Below the pieces are notes generated by a model. The model had not been told where the DNA came from, ran no database searches, and was given only the letters and a program-made list of their open reading frames with translations. Shown here piece by piece: positions 1 to 11,980 of a stretch of DNA of 64,000 bases. The first letter of the stretch is position 1, and the number at the start of each line of letters is the position of its first letter. This stretch comes from Heteronotia binoei (taxonomy: Eukaryota). A program made the translations under genes and the position numbers. The stretch covers positions 176,576,001 through 176,640,000 of the forward strand of contig NC_083243.1 in the NCBI RefSeq assembly GCF_032191835.1. Direction: 5' to 3'.

Positions 1-519
1 CTCTGCACTGGCTTCCAATAATATACCGGGTCCGGTACAAGGTGCTGGTCATTACCTTTAAAGCCCTATATGGCCTGGGACCTGCCTACCTGAAGGACCG
101 TCTCTCCCCACACGTTCCCCAGAGAGTACTGAGGTCTGGGACGCAAAACCTTCTCACCATCCCCGGGCCCAAAGAAGTCCGTCTCAAGACAACCAGAGAC
201 AGGGCCTTTTCTACAATGGCCCCCACATGGTGGAACCAGCTGCCGGAAGAGGTGAGGGCCCTGCGGGATCTTACTCAGTTCCGCAGGGCCTGTAAGACAA
301 GCCTCTTCTGGCTAGCCTACGCCTGACTAGATTAATGTAGCTTATCAGACTTTAGTGAAATATACGGTATAGTTTTAATGTTAAGATTTTAAGGTTTTTA
401 AATGTTTTGACTTTTTAATTGTAACAATTTTGCACTTTGTTTATTGTTTTATCGTTTGTTGTGAGCCGCCCTGAGCCATTTTATGGGAAGGGCGGGATAT
501 AAGTCATAGAATGAATGAA

Positions 520-574
<55 letters not shown>
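1..574 (+). mobile_element. L2-clade LINE 3' end (RT C-terminus, 3'UTR and (AAAT)n tail)
   Basis: ORF 42-326 (HWLP..KVLVITFKALYGLGPAYLKDRL..APTWWNQLP) is a typical L2 ORF2 C-terminus. Terminal motif gagccgccctgag...gggcgggatataa is followed by a tetranucleotide tail. Confidence 0.85.
509..574. repeat. (GAAT)/(AAAT)n microsatellite (L2 tail)
   Basis: About 16 direct tetramer copies visible. Confidence 0.95.
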
Positions 575-1224
575 GTGGATAGAGGCTCTGAGAATTCTCT
601 TAGAGATCTCTAGGCTCCTCACAATTTCTTCAGAAAGACGGAACAAGTAAATCAGCTTTACACTTGTGAGGTACTATCCCAAAAGAGGTGTGTCAGATTC
701 ATACGTTACTGTTAACTGTGCACAGGTAAAGACCGTTTTATTTTGGTTAGGCTTACAGAATTGCTTAAAAGAACACTGGCTGAGTCTAAATTGTTAATGT
801 TACTTTTTAGCCAATTCTGTTCAGTTGTTGACTGTTCATTGTTTTAACGATTCAGTTTTCTTTTCTTTGGTTGTGTGTGGGTGCGTCCGCGCCTGGAAGC
901 CATGGCGACTTCTGGCGACTGACCCCTACTGGGCGCCTGGAGGATATTCAGAGAGGTGGCTGAATAAAGCCTGCCCTCACCTCCCATCTCTGATATTCAA
1001 AGCAGGTCTCCCACCCAAGTACTCGCCAGAGCTGATCCTGCTTAGCTACCGAGATCTGACAAGATCAGGCTTGTCCGAGTTACCCAGGTCAGGACTTGAT
1101 GGTTCAGTTTTGATTGTCAGATTTTAGAATCAAAGATTTCAGGTTTTCATGGCTGGCAACATCATTAGGGTTTGTAGAATCTTTCGGGCTCAAGTGCCGT
1201 GTTCTACTGGAGAGAGTTTTTCTT

Positions 1225-1265
1225 CCAGACGTTTCGTTCTCAGCTGCGGAGAATATCCTCAGTGG
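1225..1265 (-). ncRNA. Minimal type I hammerhead ribozyme motif (left arm; sense to NHEJ1 pre-mRNA)
   Basis: Minus strand: CCA-CTGAGGA-T-ATTCTC-cgcagct-GAGAAC-GAAA-CGTC-TGG. Core intact; A.C mismatch at the base of stem II. Confidence 0.6.
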
Positions 1266-1436
1266 CGTTGCAGCCGGAGCAGGCTCTCTGACCTTCTTGG
1301 CTGCTGTGCATTGAGTGAGGCCAGGGCTGCTCTCAACACACCCCCTCCAGCCTAGAAATAGCAGCTCTCCAGCAGCCCTGGCCTCACTCAATGCACAGCA
1401 GCCAAGAAGGTCAGAGCGCCTGCTCCGGCTGCAACG

Positions 1437-1477
1437 CCACTGAGGAAGTTCTCCGCAGCTGAGAATGAAACGTCTGG
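1437..1477 (+). ncRNA. Minimal type I hammerhead ribozyme motif (right arm)
   Basis: CCA(1437-39)-CTGAGGA(1440-46)-A-GTTCTC-cgcagct-GAGAAT-GAAA(1467-70)-CGTC-TGG(1475-77). Predicted cut after C1474. Confidence 0.65.
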
Positions 1478-2076
1478 AAGAAAAACTCTCTCCAGTAGAA
1501 CACGGCACTTGAGCCCAAAAGATTCTACAAACCCTAAAGATTTTAAAATGTTTTGATTTTAGACTGTTTGCAACCTGCTTTGCAGACCTATGAACCCAAG
1601 AGAAAATAAGATGTACATATAGTAACAAAAATAATTAAAATATGCTCTGAGTTCTCACTTAGATTCCATGCTTATTCAACCTCTAGGACACAATCATCCA
1701 AGCTTAATGTCAACCAAAGCTTTAACTTTGCACACAATAACTCATTTAGTTTACTCATCACATCATAAGACATATTGCCCAGTTCCCTGCTAAATGAACC
1801 ATGCTGGCCTATAATTAACCACAACCACGTTCACTGCAGTTCAGTGTTTACTGGTATCAATACTAAACAAATACTGCTACATAAAAAGACAACAATTGGA
1901 AGGGAAAAGCAAAGGCTGGGAGAAATAAAGTACCCCATTTTTTTTACAACCCGTTATAATGAGAAGCACCAACCAACTAGAGTTCACAATAGCCTGCATT
2001 ATTTTGTGCCAGAATCAGAGAAGCAGACCTTTTGTCCAACACGTGCATACCAAATAAGAACAATAAGTTCTCCTAC

Positions 2077-2135
2077 CTTGTCCTCAAATCTCTGCAGAAA
2101 GGATTCTTCCTTGAAAGGTTCTGTTTTCAGACGTT
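2077..2135 (-). CDS. NHEJ1: XLF/Cernunnos coding exon 4 (59 nt; E-RLKTEPFKEESFLQRFEDK)
   Basis: ttgcag acceptor and AAG/gtagga donor. Matches human RLKTEPFEENSFLEQF; phase 1 to 0. Confidence 0.93.
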
Positions 2136-2582
2136 CTGCAAGGGAAGCGACAAGACGACTGACGTGAGCAAGGCTCTGATTTGGGCAGAGGCGCAAGCTT
2201 CCTCCCAGGGTTCTTGTTCTGACCCTACCCATGCCACGCTGATAGCTGAATCCTTGACACAATGACAAAAAGCCTACCTCCAAGAACCTTCCCAGCAAAG
2301 GAGTGATTGATGAACTCCTGAAGATTAGCCAGCCACTCACCCAAGTCAAGCCCACAAAGTACTAGATCACAGTTCCCCAGTCACAGGTACTGTCCAGGGT
2401 TGCTATCAGTAACCATAAGGGCATGGCACAACACAAAATCCATTGCATATAACAAATCCAATGCACATAGTGTTAAACCTGGCTCCTAAGAGACTAGTGT
2501 TCAAGTTCCAATTGCTGACTCCCTGAGTGGTCTGAGAAACCCACTTCCAGCCCAATCTCTGTGTCACATATAGGACAACCTA

Positions 2583-3180
2583 TACCGTTGTCACCTGCAA
2601 TTCCTTGAGCGCTTTCATCAGCGCTGCCTTCACACCATCCTCAACATCCACTGGAGTGACTTTGTGACCAACACTGAAGTCCTCAAGAGGGCGGAGGTTA
2701 CAAGCATCGAGGCACTGCTGTTGAAGACGCAGCTGCGCTGGGCAGGGCATATTTCTAGGATGGAAAACCACCGCCTTCCCAAGATTGCTCTGTATGGCGA
2801 ACTTTCCACCAGCCATCGAAATAGAGGGGCACCAAAGAAGAGGTACAAGGACTCCTTGAAGAAATCCCTTGGCACCTGTCGCATCAACCATCACCAGTGG
2901 TCTGACCTAGCCTCAGATCGCAAAGCATGGAGGCACACCATCCACCAGGCTGTCTCTTCCTTTGAGAACGCACGCATAGCTGGTCTTGAGGACAAAAGGA
3001 GATTGAGGAAGAATCGCACTGCTACAGCACCAACCCCAAATCAGACTTTTCCCTGCAGCCGCTGTGGCCGGACCTGCCTGCCCCGCATTGGTCCTGTCAG
3101 CCACCAGCGAGCCTGCAGCAGACGTGGACTACTGCACCCTTCTTAAATCTTCATTCGCGAAGCCAAGCCGAGAGAGAGAC
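2583..3180 (+). mobile_element. 5'-truncated RTE-clade LINE with 11-bp TSD
   Basis: ORF LERFHQRCL..QLRWAGHISRMENHRLPKIALYGEL..CSRCGRTC is an RTE C-terminus. TSD aggacaaccta at 2572-2582 and 3181-3191. Confidence 0.9.
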
Positions 3181-3892
3181 AGGACAACCTACTACACTGG
3201 ACTGCTGTGAGGAGGTAACAGCTGTTTCTTGTCCTGTTACACAAATCACTACAATTAAACTTCCAAGAAGTGAAAAAAAATTTTTTTCACCCAGCTGCTG
3301 GGCACAGGCACTATAAATCCAGTGGTCCCACCCAGGATGACTGAGGACAACTGAATCACCATGGCATGTTTATCCCTTCTGAGAAAGAACAGCTTGTACA
3401 TGAGAGCAATCCCCTGTCGATATAGTTCAGGAATACCTGGCTCCGCTTGGGTTTGTCACTTCACACCAAAACAGAACTGGACTAAGAGAAGTGACATAAC
3501 AGACGCGTACCACTACTTTAATGTTTTCAGCGATCAATAATGGAAATCAGTGTGCACATAGATTTGTCTGGAGAAGCAATGCCTCTTGATTGTGGAGGGA
3601 AGGATATTAGATTTTGTCCCCAAGAATCGTTAAGAACGGAAACTAGAAGTCTGAACCATATTTCCCTGACCAAAAACAAAGACACCCCAAAGAAGCAACT
3701 TAGCTAGAAGAGTATAACCCTGAAAATGTATAAACGACAGGGAATCCGACACAGGCCCTCTGCTTACAAGTTAGTTTATTGATTCTTATCCCTTACCAGA
3801 CAGTCTCAAATGGAAGCCAGTGATGATCATGTAATTCCATTTGACAGTCAGCAGCTACTTACAGGTCTATACAGACAACAAACGGGAACAGC

Positions 3893-4497
3893 AAGAAGAA
3901 GAAGATATTGGATTTATATCCCGCCCTCCACTCCGAAGAGTCTCAGAGCGGTTCACAATCTCCTTTACCTTCCTCCCCCACAACAGACACCCTGTGAGGT
4001 GGGTGGGGCTGGAGAGGGCTCTCACAGCAGCTGCTCTTTCAAGGACAGAGGCTCAGAGCGGCCTACAATCTCCTTTCCCTTCCTCCCCCACAACAGACAC
4101 CCTGTGAGGTGGGTGGGGCTGGAAAGGGCTCTCACAGCAGCTGCCTTTTCAAGGACAGAGACTCAGAGCGGCCTACAATCTCCTTTCCCTTCCTCCCCCA
4201 CAACAGACACCCTGTGAGGTAGAAGAAGATATTGGATTTATATCCCACCCTCCACTCCGAAGAGTCTCAAAGCGGTTCACAATCTCCTTTCCCTTCCTCC
4301 CCCACAACAGACACCCTGTGAGGTGGGTGGGGCTGGAGAGGGCTCTCACAGCAGCTGCCCTTTCAAGGACAACCTCTGCCAGAGATATGGCCGACTCAAG
4401 GCCATCCCAGCAGCTGCAAGTGGAGGAGTGGGGAATCAAACCCGGTTCTCCCAGATAAGAGTCCGCACACTTCACCACTACACCAAACTGGCTCTCC
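3893..4497 (-). mobile_element. Squam3-like tRNA SINE with internal 110-bp tandem units and a duplicated tail
   Basis: Head GGTGTAGTGGT..GGTTTGATTCC with L2-like tail and (TCT)n. Unit starts at 3957/4067/4177; tail restarts at 4221. Confidence 0.85.
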
Positions 4498-5232
4498 TGC
4501 ATCTGCTCAAGGAGACTGGGCAGACAGCTCAAGGAGACTGCAACCAGCATCTGCTCAAGGATACTGGGCAGGACACAGGCTGTACCAGCTGAGAAGCCCT
4601 AGGAGACTTTCCACACTAATGGGTTAGGGAAGGGAGGTATCCCACAGAACCATATCATAGCTATTCTTTGTGGATGAGATGAAGACAGGGTGGCTATGAC
4701 TCTCCTAGGAACGCTGCTTTCAGAGAACTAAACCCTGATCCCAGCATCGCTGACATACCCAGTTCCTACCTGAATGGCCTGGACCTTTCTATTCTCTGGG
4801 CCGTAGCAGCCGGGAGTGACACCCACCAGACATCGCTACTATTGCACATCCACAAGTAGCAAACATACGGGCTTGGCTGCAATGCTGGGAGGGGTAAGTC
4901 AAAGGAACCCACAATTGTTCTTCCTCCACCTAAGAAAGAACAGCCCGACTCCGCTCAGGTTCCTTTACTAACCGACACAGTGCCAGCCTCCTGGATCCCA
5001 GCCACACATTCAGAGAAAAGGGTGGACTTTGGCTGTCCTCCGTGGATTTCAGCTACTGGTCAGTGTCCAGCTTTTTCCATCCTTAGGGCACTGACCCCAA
5101 AGCTTCTAGTAACTGGTTTGCAGCCGCTGCAAAGACACAGCTGGGTAATGGCCAAAAGCTGCCACGCTGAGCAAGGGAGGAAGGAAGTCTGCGTTCCAAA
5201 GCAGTCCGGAGTGCAGGTAGCACCCTCCTCAC

Positions 5233-5371
5233 CTCGACTTAAAGCAGCCCCGCTCTCCTGGTAGTCTTCAATCTCGGCGTCCTTCCGGAGCAGCAAGGAT
5301 GCCAACTCCTGCACCTGACTCTGCAATGCCAGGCTCATCGCCATCAGGGGTCGCACGAGGTGGCGGGATAT
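5233..5371 (-). CDS. NHEJ1: XLF coding exon 3 (139 nt; [46 protein letters not shown])
   Basis: taacag acceptor and G/gtgagg donor. Matches human [24 protein letters not shown]. Confidence 0.95.
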
Positions 5372-5434
5372 CTGTTACAGGGCACAGAGGCGAGAGCAAC
5401 AGTTACGCAGCGACAGGGGGAGGTCCAGTGCAAA

Positions 5435-5537
5435 CGGTGCATTCTCACTGCACTACACCATGCACTTTGCAACTGAATTTCTACTGTGTAAGAAATCCAT
5501 TATGTAGTGGATTATGTAGTGCAGTGTGAACGCACCC
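5435..5537. mobile_element. Short palindromic MITE (Harbinger-like TIR)
   Basis: ggtgcattctcactgcactac ... gtagtgcagtgtgaacgcaccc terminal inverted repeats. Confidence 0.55.
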
Positions 5538-5814
5538 AGCGATAACCTAAACCAGGTTCAAGGATGCTTGAAGAGCCAGTAAAGCCATGTACTTCTTCAA
5601 CTGGAAGCATGAGGGAAGGGTGGAGTCTGATAACCTGGCAAAGGCATACTGCAGGTGGGAAGATGTATTTCTGTTATGCATCATCTCAGTCAGGACTATA
5701 CTGGCCCTCAGTTTACAAGTGGAGCTGCCTGCCTTTCTGTTGTCTGCCAGCAGAGGTCTCAGTAGCAAGATGATGAATGAACTATTTCAAAAATCAGGAG
5801 CTGCAAGGTTATCA

Positions 5815-6144
5815 TATGAACATATGAATCAGACCCTCGGTCCATCAAAGTCAGTATTGTCTACTCAGACTGGCAGCGGCTCTCCAGGGCCTCAAGCTGA
5901 GGTTTTTCACACCTATTTGCCTGGACCCTTTTTTGGAGATGCCAGGGATTGAACCTGGGACCTTCTGCTTCCCAAGCAGATGCTCTACCAATGAGCCACC
6001 GTCCCTCCCCTGCTCTCCAGGGTCTCAAGCTGAGGTTTCTCACACCTATTTGCCTGGACCCTTTTTTGGAGATGCTGGGGATTGAACCTGGGACCTTCTG
6101 CTTCCCAAGCAGATGTTCTATCCACTGAGCCATCGTCCCTCCCC
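5815..6144 (-). mobile_element. tRNA-headed SINE, two-head form (133-bp period)
   Basis: Two tandem GGGGAGGGA.GGTGGCTCA..GGTTCAATCC heads, then the tail ending catatgttcatatg. Confidence 0.85.
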
Positions 6145-7228
6145 TATCACTTTAATCAGGCCTGAAAATAAAAAGAGCCCTGCTGGATCAGACCAGTAGT
6201 CTTTTTTCTTATCTAAAATTAAGGGCTACTTGCATATAAGACAGAGATCTCAAAGGGATATACCTTATCAGGGGTCGTTTTGTAGGGGAAAAGGTGGTGG
6301 AGTTCATTCAGGGATTGTTATACAGCTGCACCTACTATTCAATGGACAAGGTGGGAAGGAGGAGGTGGAACTGTCAGAAAGGTTCAGGAGCTGTGCTCCT
6401 GTGAGCTCCCACTGAATTCAAAGCCTGTACCTTATACATATATCAATAACTTTCCTAGGCAACTTCCTCCCCCATGAGCCATGACAACAATAGATGGAGA
6501 TGCTGCGTAGTTTGCTCTGTAGTAGCAAAAAGCCTGGCTTATCTGGTACTTTCGCACACACAACAACGCGCTTTCAATCCATTTTCAATACACTTTGCAA
6601 CTGGATTTTACCCTGTGAAACAACAAAATCCATTTAGAGATTATCACTAAAGTATACTGAAAGTGCTTTATTCGATGTGTGTGAAAGTGTTCAGGAAGCT
6701 ACTGGTACATGCACCAGAGTAAGTTAGCACCCATGCTATATTTGACATCTATGGGGAAATGCCACATAACGCACATGCAAGAACTAAAGTATAAACCCAT
6801 CAACTCCAAAATTCTAGTGTCTTTTTAAAGGGACCCTAACCCCAGAGTACTGCCTTATTGCAAAAAAAAACCAAAACCTTCAGGCTTTGCACAGCTGTAA
6901 CTTTAAAAGTGTGTGTGTGTGTGTGTGTATAATGCCAGCAATAATTGAACTCAGTAACACACCAAATAATTACAAGCCAAAGAAGAATATCACCTGGGTA
7001 TGCAGTGCCCCCTGCTGCACACATGGCAAAACTGCAACCAATTAATCAAAACTTCAAGTTGAATAGCATCATCCTTGTATCTAGACTAAAACTGTCCTTA
7101 GACATTGGAGAGTTCACATAGAGTCGAATGTGGTGAGTATCAGTTATGCATTTCTGATTGCCAGATATATTAAGCAAGGAGGCAAGCAAAATTAATGCAG
7201 AACAAGAGAAAGGCAATCAGCAACAGAT

Positions 7229-9110
7229 TAAACAAATCACCCAGTGCTTGTAGAGCAAAAGTTAGGAAAGCTAAAGCTTAAGCTGGCCAAAGATGCTAAA
7301 AACAACAAAAAAGGGTTCTATTCATGTTCAGAGTAAGAAAAAGAGCAAGGACATGGTAGGCCCATTGCGAGGGCAAGAAAGTGAGATTGCAACAGGTAAT
7401 GAAGAGAGGGCGGAACTGCTCGATTCCTACTTTTTCTCAGTCTTCTCTTCTGAGGGAAACGGTGCTCAACACGGCAAAAACAGAACATACAAGGAGGGTA
7501 TGAAGTTCCAACCTAGGATCAGCATAGGGGTAGTACATAAACACCTGGTTTCTTTAAATGAAACGAAGTCCTCAGGGCCAGATGAATTGCATCCAAGGGT
7601 TCTAAAAGAGCTTGCAGATACAATTTCGGAGGCTCTGGCTATTATTTTTGAGAATTCTTAGAGAACAGGAGAGGTGCCGGAAGATTGGAGGCGGGCAAAT
7701 GTTGTCCCCATCTTCAAGAAGGGGAAAAAAGATGATCCGTATAACTACCGACCCATCTGCAACGTCTATACCTGGAAAAGTTTTAGAACAAATCATCAAA
7801 CAGTCGGTCCTGGAACATTTAGAAACAATGGATGTGATTACTAAGAGCCAGCATGGTTTTCTCAAGAACAAGTCATGTCAGACTAACCTGATCTCTTTTT
7901 TTTAAGAAAGTGACTACCTTGCTGGATCAGGGGAATGCTGTAGACATCGTTCATCTTGATTTCTGTAAGGCTTTTGATAAGGTTCCACATACTATCCTTG
8001 TTGACAAGTTGGTAAAATGTGGTTTGGATCGTGTTAGTGTTAGGTGGATCTTTAACTGGTTGACAGATCGCACCCAAAGAGTGCTTGTGAATGGTTCCTC
8101 ATCCTCTTGGAGAGGAGTTACAAGTGGAGTGCCTCAACGATCTGTCCAAGGGCCTGTTTTGTTCAACATCTTTATAAATGATTTAGATGAAGGAATAGAG
8201 GGAATACTTATCAAATTTGCAGATGATACTAAATTGGGAGGGGTTGCAAACACAGAAGAAGACAGAAACAGGATACAGGATGACCATGACAGGCTGGAAA
8301 ACTGGGCTAAAATCAATAAAATGAATTTCAACAGGGATAAAAGTAAAGTTCTGCATTTAGGTAGGAAAAATCCAATGCATGGTTATAGGATGGGGGAGAC
8401 TTGTCTTAGCAGTAGTACGTGCGAAAACGATCTAGGGGTCTTAGTGGATCATACCCTGAACATGAGTCAACAGTGTGATGCGGTGGCTAAAAAGGCAAAT
8501 GCAATTTTGAGCTGTATCAACAGAAGAATAGTGTCCAGATCATGTGATGTGATGCTATCGCTTTACTCTGCTCTGGTAAGACCTCACTTGGAGTATTGTG
8601 TTCAGTTTTGGGCACCACATTTTAAGAAGCAGGAACAAGCGGGAACGGGTCCAGAGGAGGGCGATGAAGATGCTGAGGGGTCTGGAGACCAAGTCCTATG
8701 AAGAAAGGTTGAAGGAGCTGGGCATGTTTAGCCTGGAGAGGAAGCGGCTGAGAGGTGATATGATCACCATCTTCAAGTACTTGAAGGGCTGTCATATACA
8801 GAATGGTGTGGAATTGTTTTCTGTGGCCTCAGAAGGTAGGACCAGAACCAATGGGTTGAAATTAAATCAAAAGAGTTTCTGGCTCAACATTAGGAAGAAC
8901 TTCCTGACCATCAGAGCAATTCCTAGGTGAAACAGGCTTCCTCGGGAGGTGGTGGGCTCTCCTTCCTTGGAGGTTTTTAAACAGAGGCTAGATGGCCATC
9001 TGACAGCAATGAAGATCCTGTGAATTTAGGGGGAGGTGTTTGTGAGTTCCCTGCATTGTGCAGGGGGTTGGACTAGATGACTCTAGACTGGTCCCTTCCA
9101 ACTCTATGAT
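7229..9110 (+). mobile_element. CR1 LINE fragment (ORF2 RT region to 3' end), frameshifted
   Basis: ORFs with [57 protein letters not shown]. Tail gtcccttccaactctatgat. Confidence 0.95.
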
Positions 9111-9779
9111 AAAAAGAAAAGGAAAAAGGAAAAACAGGGAAAGAGCACATGCCATCAAGAGGGATCAAAACAAACTTTCAAAACATGCAATTTCCTATTT
9201 ACTAATATAATGTCAAATCAAGCTCTTGTTATTTTATTCACATAGGGAAAAGCTAGTAAGAGATTTTGTTTGGTTAGCTAAACCTCCTAAAAATTCTTCT
9301 AAAGTGCTTACACAACCAGTGAAGGTCTACTGAATCTGAAATTATACCAGGATAGCAGATTATCTGATCTCAAGGAATGAATTTTAATTGGTAAGGAAAC
9401 GGCCTACAAAAAGACAATGGTTCTTGAAGATCTGGGACATAATTGTAATGGACAAGATAGCAAGCACCATCCAGCAATCTGAAGTTCTAGAAAGCGGAAA
9501 TGATAATAATACGTTTGTAGAAAAGTATAAGGTGAAATCTTTATGAAGTCTCGGACTTTCTTTGTTGACTGTGGTGAATGTCAGCCATGCACTTCCTCAT
9601 TGTCAAAGGCATTAAACAACCAGGCAGGCAAAATTGATGCAGAAGAAGGGGTAACTAATCTGAAACATTGAAAGAGCATATGCATCAAGAGGGATCAAAG
9701 CAACCTTAAAAACAGGCAATTTCCAAATCTGAAGGCAGTATCAAGGTGTTCAGCTAATCACCCATAATTAGTACATAGA

Positions 9780-10079
9780 GGAGAGCCCCGTGGCGCAGAG
9801 TGGTGAAGCTGCAGTACTGCAGTCGGAGCCCTCTGCTCACGACCTGAGTTCAATCCCAGAAGAAGCTGGTTCAAGAAGCCGGCTCCAGGTTGACTCAGCC
9901 TTCCATCCTTCCGAGGTCGGTAAAATGAGTACCCAGCTTGCTGGAGGGAAAGTGTAGATGACTGGGGAAGGCAATGGCAAACCACCCTGTAAAAAGTCTG
10001 CCGTGAAAACGTTGTGGCAGCAACGTCACCCCAGAGTCGAAAACGAACGGTGCTTGCACAGGTGACTACCTTTACCTTT
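9780..10079 (+). mobile_element. Sauria-SINE-like element with 12-bp TSD
   Basis: tRNA-like head, core gttgactcagccttccatccttccgaggtcggtaaaatgagtacccag, tail acctttaccttt. TSD ttagtacataga at 9768-9779 and 10080-10091. Confidence 0.85.
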
Positions 10080-10392
10080 TTAGTACATAGAAGGTTAACA
10101 AATCCAGTGCATCTGCCAATCAGCAGACACATAAAGTTCAAAGAATGGCTATGAAGAGAATGGTCAGCCTTCAGATCTTAGCTGATCACTAGGGCTGCTT
10201 CCATTATCCATGAGCGTAGCAGGCCTGTGCTTAGAACACTGTCAGTCCCTGGTAGATTCACCCAAACATTCTATCTGCTGTCAACCAAATATAATGATTA
10301 TCCCTGGCCCGGGAAATCCATCCAATAAACTGTAATGCCAATGAAGAATCAAACATCCCTTCTTCCTGGCCCAGCATCTTTGCCCAACTCAC

Positions 10393-10602
10393 CATCTCAG
10401 CAGGCGCGACGGAGCAGCAGAAATCCCAGTAGAAAGGCAGCCCTGAGAACTCACTCTTCACATGAAGAGTCAGTGTGCTTGGGCTGAGCTCGCAGGAGAA
10501 AGACGTGGAACTGGTTGGCTGCCCTTCCAAAAGGGGACACATCAGACTGCGCAGGCGGTTCAAGAAGGAGGATGCATGAGCAGTCAGTCGCTTGTTTAGA
10601 TC
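10393..10602 (-). CDS. NHEJ1: XLF coding exon 2 (210 nt; DLNKRLTAH..KSEFSGLPFYWDFCC..AEM)
   Basis: cccccag acceptor and ATG/gtgagt donor. Matches human ELNKRLTA..SELSGLPFYWNFHC. Confidence 0.96.
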
Positions 10603-10773
10603 CTGGGGGAGGCAAAAAATCAGGCAGGAAGGGCAGGGAGAAATAATCCCCCCCCCCCCCAAAGACTGAGCAACGTATGTGTATCCATCCTAAGATCCTA
10701 GAAAACACACTAAAGGTATTCTGGCAAGACTTCTGAACATTTTTGTTAATATAACACACATTCATTTCCAATT

Positions 10774-11249
10774 GAACATATGAACATATGAAGCTGCCTT
10801 ATACTGAATCAGTCCATCAAAGTCAGTATTGTCTTCTTAGACTGGCAGCAGCTCTCCAGGGTCTCAAGCTGAGGTTTTTCACACCTATTTGCCTGGACCC
10901 TTTTTTGGAAATGCCAGGGATTGAACCTGGGACCTTCTGCTTCCCAAGCAGATGCTCTACCACTGAGCCACCATCCCTCCCCTGCTCTCCAGGGTCTCAA
11001 GCTGAGGTTTTTCACACCTATTTGCCTGGACCCTTTTTTTGGAGATGCCAGGGATTGAACCTGGGACCTTCTGCTTCCCAAGCAGATGCTCTACCACTAA
11101 GCCACCATCCCTCCCCTGCTCTCCAGGGTCTCAAGCTGAGGTTTTTCACACCTATTTGCCTGGACCCTTTTTTGGAGATGCCAGGAATTGAACCTGGGAC
11201 CTTCTGCTTCCCAAGCAGATGCTCTACCACTGAGCCACCGTCCCTCCCC
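10774..11249 (-). mobile_element. tRNA-headed SINE, three-head form
   Basis: Unit starts at 10851/10984/11118 (133-134 bp); single tail. Confidence 0.88.
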
Positions 11250-11794
11250 AATTAATTTATTTAAAGTGACATCCCAAGGATAAAAAACAGTTTATAAAAA
11301 GAAAGAAAACTAATATATGTACAGACTGTATATATTCTCAAATGGAAAGAACTGTCCGAACACTTAAAATACAATGGCATGTACCTGGGAACATGCAATA
11401 CATTCTTTGGTAAGCACAATCATTTTTCTAATAATTACTGATTAGAATTTGGTAGTGTACATTATTAATGGGTATGGATTATAACAAGTGCTGATTAACC
11501 ATACAGCTCCCTCACCCAGACACTGGTCACATTCTATGCCAATACATTTAAAAAAAAAAAAATGCTAGCAGGAGTAAAGGAAGCTTTTACTAATAGTTGG
11601 AGGCTATCCCTTAAAAAAGAGAGCACCTAAGTTGCAGACCTGCAGTATGCCTACAGAACAGGGAAACTGCCGATCAAGAATTCCTTTTCTCAATAGAACT
11701 GTCGTGTCAGTATTTTATTTTAAGCTTGAACTAACAGGGCAGCTGCTGAGGTAGGTACAAGCACGTGTGTATTGTGTAACTATTCTTTACTCAC

Positions 11795-11980
11795 CTTTGA
11801 CCGCTGTTGTATGATCTGAGTGTCTGTCCTTTCATACCACATGTGGTGGAGGTCACAGAGGAGCAAGGCATAGCCAGCATCTCCAAAATAAGCCTTGGCC
11901 AGCAGTGTGGACTCAGCAAAGCAAACGGAAGCCCAGGGTTGCAGAAGGAGTCTTGTTTCCATGTCCTCACTGTACTCCAT
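11795..11980 (-). CDS. NHEJ1: XLF first coding exon (MEYSEDMETRLLLQPW..QQRSK)
   Basis: ttgcag acceptor 1 nt before the ATG; AAG/gtgagt donor. Matches human MEELEQGLLMQPWAW..GYALL..SQRAK. Confidence 0.95.

Larger units (their letters stand above)
1165..1537. mobile_element. Penelope-like (PLE) inverted pseudo-LTR palindrome: 167-bp arms, 39-bp spacer
   Basis: 1165-1331 is the reverse complement of 1371-1537 with 5 mismatches. Each arm has a CTGAGGA..GAAACGTC core followed by agaacacggc..agcccgaaa..ctacaa, resembling squamate PLE pLTR ends. No 8-bp TSD. Confidence 0.7.

Noticed and set aside
1165-1537. hAT MITE, suggested by the TAGGG...CCCTA ends
   Set aside because: Flanks aacatcat/aagatttt are not an 8-bp TSD, and the arms carry hammerhead/PLE motifs absent from the hAT families here.
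1-2076. Further NHEJ1 exons (LPEAC.. onward)
   Set aside because: No matching sequence found; the next intron is long in other vertebrates, so they are probably left of the window.
2580-2894. Minus-strand ORF as an independent gene
   Set aside because: It is the antisense shadow of the RTE ORF2 fragment.
7293-8930. Functional reverse transcriptase gene
   Set aside because: 5'-truncated, with several frameshifts and stops; the same applies to 14.4-16.5 kb and 28.1-29.1 kb.
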